DNA of 64,000 bases, taken from the NCBI RefSeq assembly GCF_001194135.2, contig NC_068989.1, positions 80,735,423-80,799,422 on the forward strand, written 5' to 3'. The stretch comes from Octopus bimaculoides. Taxonomy: Eukaryota. A program made the translations under genes and the position numbers. Shown here in pieces: positions 1-14,036 of the stretch (positions are counted from its first letter, which is position 1; each line of letters begins with the position of its first letter). The notes below the pieces were generated by a model. It saw nothing but the letters and a program-made list of their open reading frames with translations. It made no database searches and was not told the origin of the DNA.

Positions 1-3000
1 GATTCTACTGTTTGCTGTTACAGTGATATTTCAAAAATACCAAACATACAACAACCAGGTAGGTAACTTGAGAGAATAATTCAGTACATCACCTGTTGGT
101 ATGCTAGAAACATGACACTATAAATTCCTACAGAGCTTACTACTACAACTACTACTATTACTACTACGACTACTATCATTATTTTACTGATAGTTGGCTG
201 TGTTCACAACTTGCTACTGCTATCTATGTGAAGTTAAGCTAGGCTAACTTATGAATAGTTAATGTGATACCATTCACTGTGTTTGGCCTCCACCACCTCT
301 ACCACTACTACTCCTACTACATTACAGCTGGGATTCTTAATTAAGCTTTCTAAACACTCATTATAATGACTTTTTTAAATATTTTCTGCACAGTGTTTCT
401 TACGCTGTTTTCACTTTACTTTCTGCTCTCTTTAACATACATGTGTGTGTGTGTGTGTATATATATATATAGTGTGTGTGTGTGTGTGTGTGTGAATGGA
501 TAGGGATATGAAATCTGGGCAGGTACCTTACAAGCACTCTAGTATAATTCATGTTCTGGTTAACAATTACATGGTATTTCATCTGATGGGTTTATCTTCA
601 GTTCACTTCTTTGCAGCTCACTGGATCCTGTGAAACTGTCCAACTGATGGAAAACAGATGTCAAAATGATGAGGATGTTGTGTATATGTGTGTGTGTGTG
701 TATGAATGAATGAATGAATGACAGGCTTCCTGCTGTTTCTATCTGCCACATCTACTCACAAGGTTTTGGTCAACTGGGGGCTCTAGCAGAAAACACTTGC
801 TCAAGGTACCAAGCATTGGAACCAAAAGCATGTGCTCGTGAAGTGAACATCTTAACCACACAGTCATGGACATAGGCTCGTGTATAAACATACATTTAGA
901 TAGACAAACCTATACTATATACATACACATACACGCACATATATATACATGTGTGTGTACATTCATATCTCCTTGTCATGTCATCATGTGATAATTGTAA
1001 ATGAGTGTCACTGCCATGCAAACTATGTCATTCACTTCCAATATCCTGCACAAACATGTCAGGCAATAAGGAAATCATTATCTCAGGTTGGCAATAAGAA
1101 GAGCATCCAGCCATAGAAAATCTGCCTTGATGAATTGTCTCTGATCTATGCAAGCATGGTAAAGTGGACATTAAAAATGATGATGGTGGCAATTTGCCTG
1201 CCCCCTTTCAATCCTGACAGTACTCTCCACCAAAAGACCTTTGCCTCCATCCATGAAGGCCACCACCTTACCTGATGCTGTTCTTTTGCAGCTCGCAAAC
1301 CCTGCACACTGACCTGACTTTTTCTCTCGTTTGTTCACCTGCTTGGCACCTTGAGTAACTAACCACTGGCTGGTACAGCAGTACTCAATTTAAGATTGAA
1401 GCTGAAATAAAGATGATACTTTGACTAGTTTCAGTCATCGGACCACTACAGTCATACTAAGGCACTCACCACCGTCATGAGTTTTAGTCAATTATACCAA
1501 TCCAAGTATTTAATATGCTCTATTTATTGAATGTCTGTGCTTTACTGTAAAGAATGTAATGTAATGCACTGCTACACACAAATACACAAAGACATACAAG
1601 CCAACAAAGAGAGCCTCTATGTTGTGGTTTGTTCTGCTAGAAATATCAGCCAAATCTCTCTCAAATCATACTTAACTGTCTTAGATAATGTACACAGTTG
1701 ACATAATTTTGAAATACAATAGAACTGGTTTTTCACATCTGGGACATCTTTGAGCACACGTCTGCTCAACCAGGGCTGACTTTGGGGCTAAAAAAAAGTA
1801 ACAACAGTAAATTCTATACACTTCTAATACAAGGCAAATGTCTACTGCTATAACCCCAGGTCACCCAATGCCTAGTGAGTGAATTTGGAAGATGGTAAAT
1901 ATGGAAGCCCATCATGTGTATGTGTCTTTGTATTCGTGTCTGTTCTCTACTCACCACTGCTTGACAACCGGTGTCGATTTGTTTGCATCTCCATAACTTT
2001 GCAGTTTGGTAAAAGAAACCAATATAACAAGTACTAGACTTTAAAAAAGAATATAAGAAGTACTGGGGTCAATTTGTTCATCTATCTACTTTGAAGGTAG
2101 TGCCCCAGCATGGCCACTGTCCTATGACTAAAACCAGTAAAAGATTAAGTCAGTGGAGAAGAAATATCCATATGACCTTTTACAAGAATTTTGAGAAGCA
2201 GGGAGGAACATATCCTCAAACAGGAGCCCTTGCCCAAATGTTCAGGTGTTAAACTGAGCAATGGATTATGTCCACCACTTGTATGAAAATTAATGCATTC
2301 CAGCCTTTAGACCAGTGATACTTCTAACATTTTTTTTTTTTTTTTTGCCTCTGGATCCCTTTGATTTGTATTTTACTCAGATTGACCCTCAGAGCCATTT
2401 CATCATCATCATTTAGTGTCTGTTTTCCATGCTGGCCTGGGTTAGACAGTTCAACTGGAACCGGTAAGCCGGAGAGCTGTACCAGGATCCAGTCTGATTT
2501 GGCTTGGTTTCTATGGCTGGATGCCCTTCCTAATGCCAACCACTTCAAGAGCGTACTGGGTGCTTTTTATATGTCACTCGGATGAGTACCTTTTACGTGT
2601 CACCGTCACATGTGCCTTTTATGTATCACTGTCACAAGTGCCTTTTACTTGTCACAGGCACTGTCCAAGACTACAATTTCACTTGGCCTAACGAGTCTTC
2701 TCAAGCACAGTAAACTGCAAAAGGTCTCAATCATTTGTCATCACTTCTGTGAGAATCATTTGATGTTTAAAAAATCCTATTCTTTTACAATTAAATATTA
2801 TTTGGAATTGTTTGGCTGTGCGGTAAGTAGCTTGCTAGAATAAGTACTAGGCTTCCAAAGAATAAGTCCTAGAGTCGATTAGCTCAAGTAAAAGAGTAAA
2901 GAGTAAAATATTTTGTGTATTGTAGAAGTATAAGTTATTTATTGTACATAAATTTTAATAACAAAATCTTATACGGACCCTGGTTGAGAACCTCTGCTTT

Positions 3001-3548
3001 AAACCAAAACACTAATTTAATATAAGTTACATGATCAACATCATTTGACGTCCTTATTCCATGCTGGCATGGGTTAGACTGCACATATCTACGAATTTGT
3101 AAAATTAAAGAGACATTAATTTTCTCAGCATAGATGAATACTTACAAGTTGTTTTAATTTAAAGCAATTAAAAGATGCATCTATTAACCCATCTGTCACT
3201 CCCTTCCTGTGACATGCATACTCATATAAACTTCCCACCACCCACTTCAAGAAGTGTTGGTGTAGAATGAAGAAAGTAGGTGCAGTGCAAAGGTGGGGTA
3301 GGCAAAAAATACCTTTTACATATTTTTTTCCTCACATCATGTAACCTATTTCAATGATTGTATTTAGTTATTTTTGTTTTGTTTTTTGCTTTGTACATTT
3401 TATCAATTTTCAGTAATTGTTGATTAGCTCCAAATCTGCTGTAATCAAATCTATATTCAGAGACATTCCAATAATGACCATCTAGCCTTTCTTCAAGCAT
3501 AATGTATCAAGAATAGCATTATTAGGCCTTGTGCTTTTAGTAGAAAGG

Positions 3549-3581
<33 letters not shown>

Positions 3582-3780
3582 GTTATTATTATTATTATTG
3601 TTATTATTGTTATCTACTATAATGATACTCTTGTGTCTTTCTCTGTTACAACATATGAATCGGAAAGGAAGAGGTGATAGATAAATAAGGAAGGAAGGGG
3701 TGATGGCAAACTTGGTAGTAGGATTATGGAAGTTCTACGGTGAAAAGAAAAATCAAACAGTGTTTCAACTCTGTGTGAGA

Positions 3781-3814
<34 letters not shown>

Positions 3815-4937
3815 AATAGATGTGGGATGGTAAACATTCAACAATGGAAAGAAAAATCAAACAGCGTTTCAACTCTGTGTATTTGGTATTTACTTGCCAG
3901 CTCCCGTATTTAGTCACAGCCAGCTTTATGTGGCCTTAAGTCGTACTAGAATGAAGAAAAACTTTAAAATTCTTTTGAAGGAAACAAGCAGTCAAGGGAT
4001 GTTAGTTGCAGATAGATTTTTCACAAAAAAATTGGTAATAAAAGAATTATTAAACTAAAAACTTGGTTTTGTACCTTATTTATATATGAAGACTGCAATT
4101 AGCTGTCATTTTTGACGGCATGGGGCCAGCTAGTTATTATTATAAGACAGCAAGCTGGCAGAATCATTAGCATGCTGGGCAAAATGCTTGGCAGCATTTT
4201 GTCTGTCTTATCATTCTGAGTTCAAGTTCTGCCAAGGTTGATTTTCAGGGTTGATAAATAAGTACCAGTTACGCACTAAGGTCAATGTAATTGATTTACC
4301 CCCTCTCTCTGAACTTCCTGGCCTTATGCCAAAAAAATTGAAATTATTATTATTATTATCATTATTATTCTTATTATTATTATTATTATCATTATTGAGT
4401 GAGAGAGCAGTGCATGCCATCAAAGTGACATTGGGATAAAATATACGAAGCCCAGTATACCCATCATGACTACCCATCTGATAAGGGTACACCAGGCACA
4501 TGTATCACAACCATATGTGTGCAACATGGTGATCTCATATCAAGATTAACAGCAATTGACCTTGCAGGTGGGAGCCAGATAGAATTTTCTTCAGGTTGAG
4601 TAAACCATCCCACTCAAAAGGTTCCTGAATAAGGACTGTTTAAGGATGTTGAATAAAACACCCATGTTTCCAGAGGTGAATTATTCAGACCCCAAAGAAT
4701 TCTTCTCGACACATGGCTATGATGCTCCCTCACTACTTCTGCTTGTGATCAGAGATGCCACCAAGGGACATGCTCATCTGGTCATGGTCAAACAACTGAC
4801 AAGCAAATCTATGGTACTGAGCAGAATATTTGCTGCAGCCCATCTTTTTATACCAAGACAAAACAATGTACGTGATAACACTTCAATCAGTTAAGATGAG
4901 AAGCCATGAAAGCCACTGCCTGGTACTGCATCAGGGC

Positions 4938-4985
<48 letters not shown>

Positions 4986-7175
4986 CATTATTGTGGCAAG
5001 CTGACAGAATCATTAGCATTCTGGGAAAAATGCTTAGCAGTATTTCATCTGTCTTTGCGTTCCGAGTTCAAATTCCACCGAGGTCGACTTTGCCTTTCAC
5101 CCTTTCGGGGTCAATAAATTAAGTACCGGTGAAACACTGGGGATAATGTAATCAACTAGTCCCCTCCCCACAAATTTCAGGCCTTGTGCCTATTGTAGAA
5201 AGGACTATTATTATTATTATTATTTTTAATCTGCGTGTTTGTTACAATCCCTTGCCGAAACACACCCAATGTCCTGGGGTGAGTGAAGGATAAGAGATGT
5301 TACAGTTTGACAGTCAGTGGCAGGGGCAATAAATTAAGTACCAGTGAAACACTGGGGTCAATGTAATCCACTAATCTTTTCCCCAAAAAAACATTTCAGG
5401 CCTTGTGCCTTTACTAGCAAGGGTTATTATTATTATTGTTGTTGTATTAATGCTATAATTTTACAAAGGTACAAGGTTTCAAATAAGGGAGATGAATATA
5501 GCTAACTAAATAGATCTCAGTGCTCAGATGGTACTTATCAGTCTCAGAAGGATTTGAACTCAGAGCTTATAGATAAACAATTAAACACTTTGTGACATTC
5601 TATCCATTGCTCTAACAATTCTGCTGACCCACTACCCTTTTTATGAGAATATTTTCTATCGATTTACACCACATGTGTGAAAGTAAATTATTCTCAGGTG
5701 ATGGTTTAACTAGCTTATTTTTTTGCATTTAAATCAACACGTTATTAATTTACAACTTTTGTATGTTACATAATCCTTTATTCATTGTTGAGGCTTTCGA
5801 AGTTTTATTTGACTCAGTGTTCTGTCATTGAGTGTCTCTCAAAGGTTGGTTTAACCTTGTCACAACTGGTGAGAAAAACAACAAAAAAACACAACAAAAA
5901 CCTATGTATCTGGGGTTTTTTTTTGGTTTTTTTAATATATAGGAGCAACTCAAGCATAAATTGCTTGATTCAATTTATTGTTGGCTGGTTGAGATCTTTC
6001 AATCCTAACTCTTTTACAACAAAACTTGCTTTGCACTAGCAATCTAACTATGCAATGGGATGTATGCATTTAACCCAGTTTTGTCAAACCAGATGTAATG
6101 ATGTGTAAGTAATACCACTTTTATAAGTTGGTTGGTCTACCTCGAGAATGAGAGAAGGGCTTAAGCAAAGTAAAATAATAAATAAGCCATTCATCGACAA
6201 ACTAAATCATTTGATGGTTTCTATTTTCTTTAACTACTGGTTTCAATCACTGAACTGTGATCTCGGTGTTAATTACTGTCTTCATGAATCATGTTGACCT
6301 CCCCTTCTCCAGTACTTTGTCTGGTATTTATATGGTTGACTCTGAAAGAAGGAAAGGTAAAGTCAGTATGAATAGGATTTGAACTCAGAAAGAAAAGGCA
6401 CATAATCAGATACCACAAGCAACATTTCCTCTAATTTTTTCCTAATGACTAAACAGAACTCGATACTTTGAGCAAAAATATTTTCCATTCAAAGCCAGTG
6501 TACAGCATTCAATCTTCCATGCAGCTTATGATGAACTCATTTATAAATTAAAATCTGCTGCAAAGATTTTCTATAAGCACAGCATCAGTCCAGAAACTAC
6601 ACGGCTTAGAGGCAATGTTGATAGCAAAGCATTTTGTCTGACTTTCTGATATCCACCTGCAGAAACCATTAGAAAGTTGGACAAAATGTCTTGGGATCTA
6701 AGTTCAGTGGCTGCCAAGCTCAGCTTTGCCTTCATCCTATTCAGGGTCTATAAAGTACCATTCTAGGACAGTGGACTAGCAGAATCATTCGGGCATCAGA
6801 CAGAATGCATTGGGGCATTTGTTCTGGTTCTTTGTGTTCATCAACATTATCATCATTTAATGTCCATTTTCCATGCTGGCATGGGTTGTATGATTTGACA
6901 GGAGTTGGCAAGGTCAGGAGCCACAGTGGGTTCCATAGTCTGTTTTAGCTTGGTTTCTACTGCTGGATTTAAAATCCCAACCACTTTTACAAAGTGTACT
7001 AGGTGCTTTTTACATGACAGCAGCACCAGTGCTTTTCACATGGCACCAAGTTCAAAATCCTTCCATGGCCTACTTAGGTGGTACACTTAATACATCACGC
7101 TGGTTTAACACCACCTCTTGAGAGCTTTTAGCAGTCCAATCTATTGTAAACATTTGAGCTAGGTGTCTTGTGAAC

Positions 7176-7176
<1 letters not shown>

Positions 7177-7255
<79 letters not shown>
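7177..7255. repeat. (CT)n microsatellite, ~40 units
   Basis: Uninterrupted ctctct run. Confidence 0.95.
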
Positions 7256-7258
<3 letters not shown>

Positions 7259-10059
7259 ATCTATCTTGGAGGTTCTTGGAAGGAATCATAAGTGGGCACT
7301 GCCTTCCTGACTAAGCAACACACGCACACATGCTTCCATAGCCTCTGTCTACTAAATTTCACATACCAGGCATTAGTCCACCCAGGATAGTGGTAGAAGA
7401 TATTTGCCCAATTTGCAGCAGAGTAGTTGAAATCACATGATTATCAATTAAACTATTGACCACATGGCTGTGTGTTTAAGAAGCTTGCTTTGTAACCATG
7501 TGGTTTGAGGTTCAGTCTCACTCCATGGCACTTTGGGAAAGTGTCTTCTATTGTAGCCTCAGGCCAACCAATGCTCTGTGAGTGAATTTGCTTGATGGAA
7601 ACTATGTGGAATCTTGTGTGTGTGCTTTTTTTTTTTTTTTGCTTGTTTCAGTTGTGGCTGTGGCCATGCTGGAGCACTGCCTTTTTAATCGAAGAAATCA
7701 ACTCCAGGACTTTTATATATATATACACACACACACACACTCAAAAACACGTGTTTGCTCACCCACTCCCCTACTTGACAACCAATATTGGTTTGTTTAC
7801 ATCCCCATAACTTAGCAGCACTCAGTGAAGACACTGATAGAATAAGTATCAAACTTAAAAATAAATACTGGGGTCAATTCATTCTTGGCAACTCTCGGAG
7901 GGTTGCCAAGGACAACCCAAGCAGATACCAACTAACAGCTGATGCATCTAGGTGCAACAATGGTGCATGCCCCCGTACCTAATCTAATACAAAAAAAAAC
8001 AGTCTATATATGGATTATGCATCAAGTATGGTGCCATGTAGCACTGAAATATGAGCAAAACATGAAGAGAGTCTGTAGAATTTAGAAAGGAAGTTATTAA
8101 GTAATGATCTATTGGAGTCTTTTATTCTATTGTTGTACCAAGTTGCTGTTGCTGGACTGCAGCCATTCTGTGGCACCACCCACAAGAGTTTTAGCTCATC
8201 ATAACAATCCCAACACTTATTTCTACCAGATACTACCCTTTCTTACTAGTCTCTATTTATTGAATTAGTTAAGTTCCATTTTTAATGAAATGGTTTGGGG
8301 TTCAATCCCAGTGTTTCACCTTGGGTTAGTCACTTCTACTATAGCCCCGTACCAACCAATGCCTTGTTAGTCAATTTGTTTGGCAGAAACTGTGTAGAAG
8401 CCCATTCTATATATTTATATGTGCATGAGTGTTGGGGTGTGTGTGTTCCCCATTGCTTGATAACTAGTGTTAGTTTGTTTACATCCCCATAATGTAGTGA
8501 TTCAGCAAAAGAGAACAATAGAATAAGTACCAGACTTAATAAATAAATAAATAAATACTGGAATTGATTTGTTTGGCTATATCCTTCTGTGCAGTGCCCC
8601 AGCATGGCCACTGTCCTACAACTGAAACACAAGTAAAAGATTCACCTCAGCACTCCAATATATGCAAACACACACACACACACACCTTCAGCTTCTGCAC
8701 AATTTCCCTCCACCAAATTCCACTGACAAATGCATTGGTCTCAAACCAAAGCTACAGTTAGTAGAAGACTCCTGCCTCTGGTACTACGTGGTGGGGCTGA
8801 GTCCAGAACTACACAGTTGCAAAGCAGACTTCATAACTGTGTCTGGGTAGGGTGTGTTGTGTGGTTGTAAGTGAATTGAGAAAAGCAAAGAAAGAAATCT
8901 GCAAGATATCAGGAGATATAACTGAACTGATATGGATATGTGATGTGAATAGATAATATGTACGAGTAGTTGATGGAGGGAAGGAGGGTTAACAATGAAT
9001 TTGTGCTGGAAGGGCACTCTAGATAAAAATAGATATAGAGGAAAACGTGATAATGTTGTATTATCAGACATTAGTAAGTTAAGTCTAACAACTTTAATCA
9101 CTGCCTTTTGTTAAGTTAGTCCTCTCACATCTTTAATCAATGCTTCTTCTTACAGTATCTGTTGGCTTTTTTTTTGTTTTGTTTTGGTATGTTTTGTTCT
9201 TTTTCTTTCAAACTGAAGATTCTTTACTCTGTCTCTTTTCTTTGGTTTTTCTCCATGTTTGTATTAGCAGTTGAATTAATTTGTTACCAGTTTATTTCAA
9301 ATAAGCATGATAACTTTTTTTTCTTTTTGTGCTAGTGCCACATAAAAAGCACCTAATACACTCTGTGTAGTGGTTGGCATTAGGAAGGGCATCCAACTGT
9401 AGAAACCAAGCCAAAATAGACTAATGAACCACCAAGTGCTGGCCCTGGATCTTACCAGCTCCAGTCAAGCCATCCAACCCATGCCAGCATGGAAAACAGA
9501 CATTAAATATTGATAATAATTTACTTACCCAAAAGATTAGATTGTATGCCCTACACAGAAGTTCTCTTTACTTGGTCTTTCAATCAGCTAGAAATAGTAA
9601 CTAAGTCTTACTCAAATCATAGCCATAGCTGTGTGGTTAAGAAGCTTTCTTCACAACCCACTGTTTTGGGTTCAGTCCCACTGCACAGCACCTTGGATAA
9701 ACATCTATTGTACCTCTGAGCCAACCGATGCTTTACGCGGCACTGGCACATATATATTGTTGTTAGTTTCTGTGTAGGTTGCTCCTTAAACAGTTGTCAA
9801 CAGGAAGTCACTATCCTCTCTGCAGTATCACTTTCTCCATTGGTGTCAAATAGCATTGATGCTTCCAGAGAATATATTCTTGTTGCTTATTCGTTTGATG
9901 TAGTGCTTGAATTTTGTTTCTTGTCACATCCAGCCCATATCTACTTGGAAAGGTAGACATAAAAATTAAAATACAATGTTTACGTGCATGTGAGTTCATT
10001 TGTATTTTTGTTTTTTATATATATATATAAAACAATATATTTTTTTCTTTGTTTTCCAG

Positions 10060-10421
10060 ATCCATAACTGAAGCAGGGGAACCCAACTATGTCTCCCTTG
10101 GACAGGGAGCCTAATGGAGATGGTACACCTCCTCTTGGTTATTTTTTCCCTAGCAAGTGTATGCCAGCTCCAGCCAAGACAACCAGAGAGCCAGCAGCAA
10201 TATCACAACCAGTACTACCTGCAGTTGTCAGGAGAACAGAAGCAACGGCCACCGCAGGAGCAGACATTGTCACCGCTGCAGTCTAGTTTGCACATCCACT
10301 GCTTCACCACAGCAGCCATGCATGGCATAAAAGCATCTTAGCACTACAATGATATTGAGCTGTTGCTTAGATGTCATTGTGGTCACTTTATTCCCATAGT
10401 GTGCCTTTTACATCCCCGCAA
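10060..10421 (+). other. Putative 5' UTR exon of the GARRE1-like gene containing overlapping uORFs
   Basis: Strong acceptor ttttttctttgttttccag| at 10059. Non-repetitive, GC-richer sequence. Candidate donor GCAA|gtaaat at 10422 and a second strong acceptor ttttttcttatacaag| at 10657. The boundaries are inferred. Confidence 0.45.
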
Positions 10422-10750
10422 GTAAATATATAAATTTATGTATATATATAATACACATATATATAAATATATGTGTAAATATATATATTTCTATATATCT
10501 AAAAGAAATGCCTCTCTCTCTCTTTCTCTCTCTCACCCTATATAAATAAATATTTACATATATACTTATATATATATATATGAAATAACCTCCATCCATC
10601 CATCCACACAATTACTTCCAAAGCATCTTTTCCTTGCTTCTTTTTTTCTTATACAAGGTTCATAATATTAATTTGGTGAGTCTAAGTCACAGTGTGTGTA
10701 TGTATATGTGTATATATGTGTGTGCATAATTGTCATTATCAACCGAAAAT

Positions 10751-11329
10751 ATGGCAAACTTACATCAGCATCATCAGCATTTACCATTTCCCCCTGAAAC
10801 TAAGATCCCTTCCGATATCACCGCCACCCCAAATCTAGGCACCATTACTGCTGCTACTACTACAATTACGACGGCAACAACTACTACTGCTACTATGTCA
10901 GTAGCAGCAACAACTGGTACCATATGTACAGCTGCAGCTGGTACTCTCAGCACAACTGCGACTACTGCCATTACAGCTACTACTACTACTACTACTGTCA
11001 CCAGTGGGAAACAGCAAACCTCTATTTTTCCTGTTGACCACAATTTTTATTCGGAACCACAAAACTGCTGGGACAGTATTGAACGGTTCAAAGAAATGCA
11101 GACAAATTTCAATGAGGCTGGTACCTGTTTGGTTGATGCATTTGCCAACTCACTCAAAAACACGACATACGAACACTTTAGCCATGACTGCAGCATGGTT
11201 CTTGGTGACATCTTTAACAAAAATACTCTTCTTCTAACGCAAATTAACGAACTGGAAAGCCTGCTGGGCAGTCTGTTAACCAACATCAGTGTATTAAATA
11301 AAGATGAGTACCAAAATTCTCAAAACCAG
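10751..11329 (+). CDS. GARRE1: GARRE1/KIAA0355-like protein, first coding exon (His/Gln start, poly-Thr tract, N-terminal part of DUF4745-like helical domain)
   Basis: ATG at 10751 in strong context (gaaaatATGG) with an in-frame TAA upstream at 10727. Donor CAG|gtaagt after 11329 (579 nt, phase 0). FNEAGTCLVDAFANSLKNTTY aligns by eye with recalled human FCRASTFLTDLFSTVFRNSHY. Confidence 0.8.
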
Positions 11330-11574
11330 GTAAGTAACTGCAACAATTTTATTATTTTGTTTTGTTTTATTGCTGTATTTTGCCATGCTGGTGTGGGTTG
11401 GACAAATTGCATATTACTGAAGCATTTGTTTCATAACCGGATGTCTTTTCCGTCACTGGACAATTTGTTGACAGGAAATGTCACCAAAAATTACTTTTTG
11501 TTTCTCAGTGTTCTTTTATACGCTTTTTACAAACACACACATTCAACATGCACATATTCACTCACACACATGCA

Positions 11575-11786
11575 ATGGGAAATCATAGCCACCATCATGT
11601 CTGAATGGAAGGAAGCAATTTGCAAGGGAATGGAAGCCTACAAAAATGAAAGATCGAGTGAGCCAAGTAGAGAAGTGTGTGTGGTACTGAGCTAATACAG
11701 CAGAGCATTTCATCGTGCATCTAGTATGCAGCCACAGTTGTGCATCTGACTTTGGCCTCAGATCTCACATGAAAGTACACAAATGA
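11575..11786 (+). mobile_element. Degenerate RTE (BovB-like) LINE C-terminal remnant with terminal Cys/His motif
   Basis: WEIIATIMSEWKEAICKGMEAYKNER followed by CSHSCASDFGLRSHMKVHK* (11727-11786), the typical end of RTE-BovB-type ORFs. Confidence 0.7.
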
Positions 11787-13992
11787 AAGTGCTAGGTTAG
11801 GCTTTATTGACCACAATAGTCGACTAACAATATACATGATGTAAAGACAATAAACATTAAGGACAGCAACAGAGAGAGAGGGCAAAATGTTATTAGTTGA
11901 ATGCTTCAATTGAGAGACAGTGTCCAGACGTTTTGGACTTCAGTTCTTCATCAAAAGAAAAGAGAAATTGAGAGAGCAAGAGGAAGGAATAGTGTATAAA
12001 AAAAAGAGGAAGGTAAATGGTTAGAAACCAAATGGAATACTGTTTTATGTGGGGAGAGGGAGTTAAGAGAAGAAAAGGCAAGTTGTGTAGATGCATATAT
12101 ATCAGAATGTGTCTGTGTCTGGAAGCAGATATTTTGTGGGGGGATAGATGCATGTGTTAGTGTGGTGTATGTATCTTTTATCTCTTATTTGTTTCAGTCA
12201 CAAGACTGCAGCCATGCTGGGGCACTACCTTGAAGAATTTTTAGTCGAACAAATTTAGTCAAACAAATTTTTTTTTTTAACCATGGTACTTACTCTGTCA
12301 ATCACTTTTGTCAAACTGCTAAGTTATGGGGGGACTGGAGTGCTTTCAGCAGTCTACTTTACTATGTCACAAACATTTGGAATTGGTGTCTCTGAGCCGT
12401 AGATAACTTCTTTTTCTTCTTACAAGTCATGGAGACCTTGAAAAGAGTCGTTAACATCTCTGACTAAGCTATTGAAATATTAATGATATACACACACACA
12501 CACACACGTATATATATATATATGTAAATGTCAAACAATGAGAATCAGTGCTCAACACCACATTGGTCAAGAGAGAGAGAGAGAGAGATACATGCATATG
12601 CACACACACGCACGCACACACACACGTGTGTGTGTGTGTATATATATATATATACACCTCGAGTGCTATAATGACATTGCAGAAATGAATAAGATTTGCC
12701 AAATTTATCTAATCAAAACTAACCTGAAACTGACATAGATAGGATCAAGTACCACAAGGCATATTTATTGTATTGGACTTGGTTATCTGATCTGAAAAGA
12801 AGTATCTGGTCACCTTTGTTGTTCATTTCATTTTTACTTTTTACATCTGTTTTTCCATGCTAGCATGGGTTATGTGAATATATTATTGCGGTATTATTTT
12901 ACAGCCAAAACTCTTACAGTCATCATCATCATTTAACATCCTTTGTCCATGTTGGCATGGGCTGGCAAGCTGAAGAGCTGCACCAGGCTCCAGTCTGGTT
13001 TGGCATGGTTTCTATGGCTGGATGCCCTTCCTAACACCAACCACTCCAAGAATATGACAGGTGCTTTTACATCCCCCTGGCATGGGTGCCAGTTGCATGG
13101 CACCAGTATCTGCCACATCTACCATTTCACTTGGCTTGATGGGTCTTCTTCTCAAGCATGGCATAATGCCAGAGGTCTCAGCCATTTGTCATTGCCTCCG
13201 TGAGATCCAACACTCGAAAGGTGCTTGTTACGTGCCACTGGCACACGTGCTAGTTACGCGACACCAGCATTGACCACATTGCCTCCATGAGGCCCAACAC
13301 TCGAAAGGCGCTTTAGTCTCTTATTTTACATGTCTCTTCAAAGCTACCAAGCAAGCAGATGATTTGTTGATGGGAGAAATTATCACAAGAGCACTGCTCA
13401 TAGCCTGGTTACTTTCATGAAGCACAAAGTAAACAAACACACGGACACACGCCCATACACACATGCGCACGCACACAGATGCAGGCAAGGCTGTCTAGTT
13501 AAGAAATTTGCTTCCCAACCACAAGGTTTCCGATTCAGTCCTATTGCATGGCACCTTGGGCAAATGTCTTCTACAATATCCCCAGGACAACTCACACCTT
13601 GTATGTGGATTTGGTGTACAGAAACTGAAAGAAGCCTGTCATATATATGTATGTGTGTGTGTGAATATGTATATGTTTTTGGACCTTTGGCAGTTTGCTC
13701 TGCTTGAGAAGACACATCAAGCTAAGTGGAAGCGTAGTTGTGGCCAGTGCCAGTGACGTGTATAGCCCACTCAGTACACTATGTGGAATGGTTGGTGATA
13801 GGAAGGGCATCCAGCTGTAGAAATCAAGTCAAAATGGACAGACACTAAATAATAATGAGGATGGGGAAATATTCCCTTGCCCGAAAACAAGTGTTGGCAA
13901 CAGGAAGGGCGTCCAATCATAGAAAATCCACTTCAATAAAGTGTCTGACCCATGAAAAAGTGGACACTAAATCAATACGCATACATCACATT

Positions 13993-14036
<44 letters not shown>

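Noticed and set aside
1-10000. Promoter or first exon
   Set aside because: Only repeats and AT-rich sequence are visible, with no CpG-rich or otherwise supportable promoter. The transcription start is probably outside the window or undetectable from sequence alone.
10658-10675. 18-nt micro-exon (ag|gttcataatattaatttg|gtgagt)
   Set aside because: There is no usable acceptor between it and the ATG at 10751. It is better read as the start of the ATG-containing exon.
10774-11043. Val/Ala-rich minus-strand ORF, and minus ORFs at 20402-20834
   Set aside because: They are antisense shadows of low-complexity coding exons.
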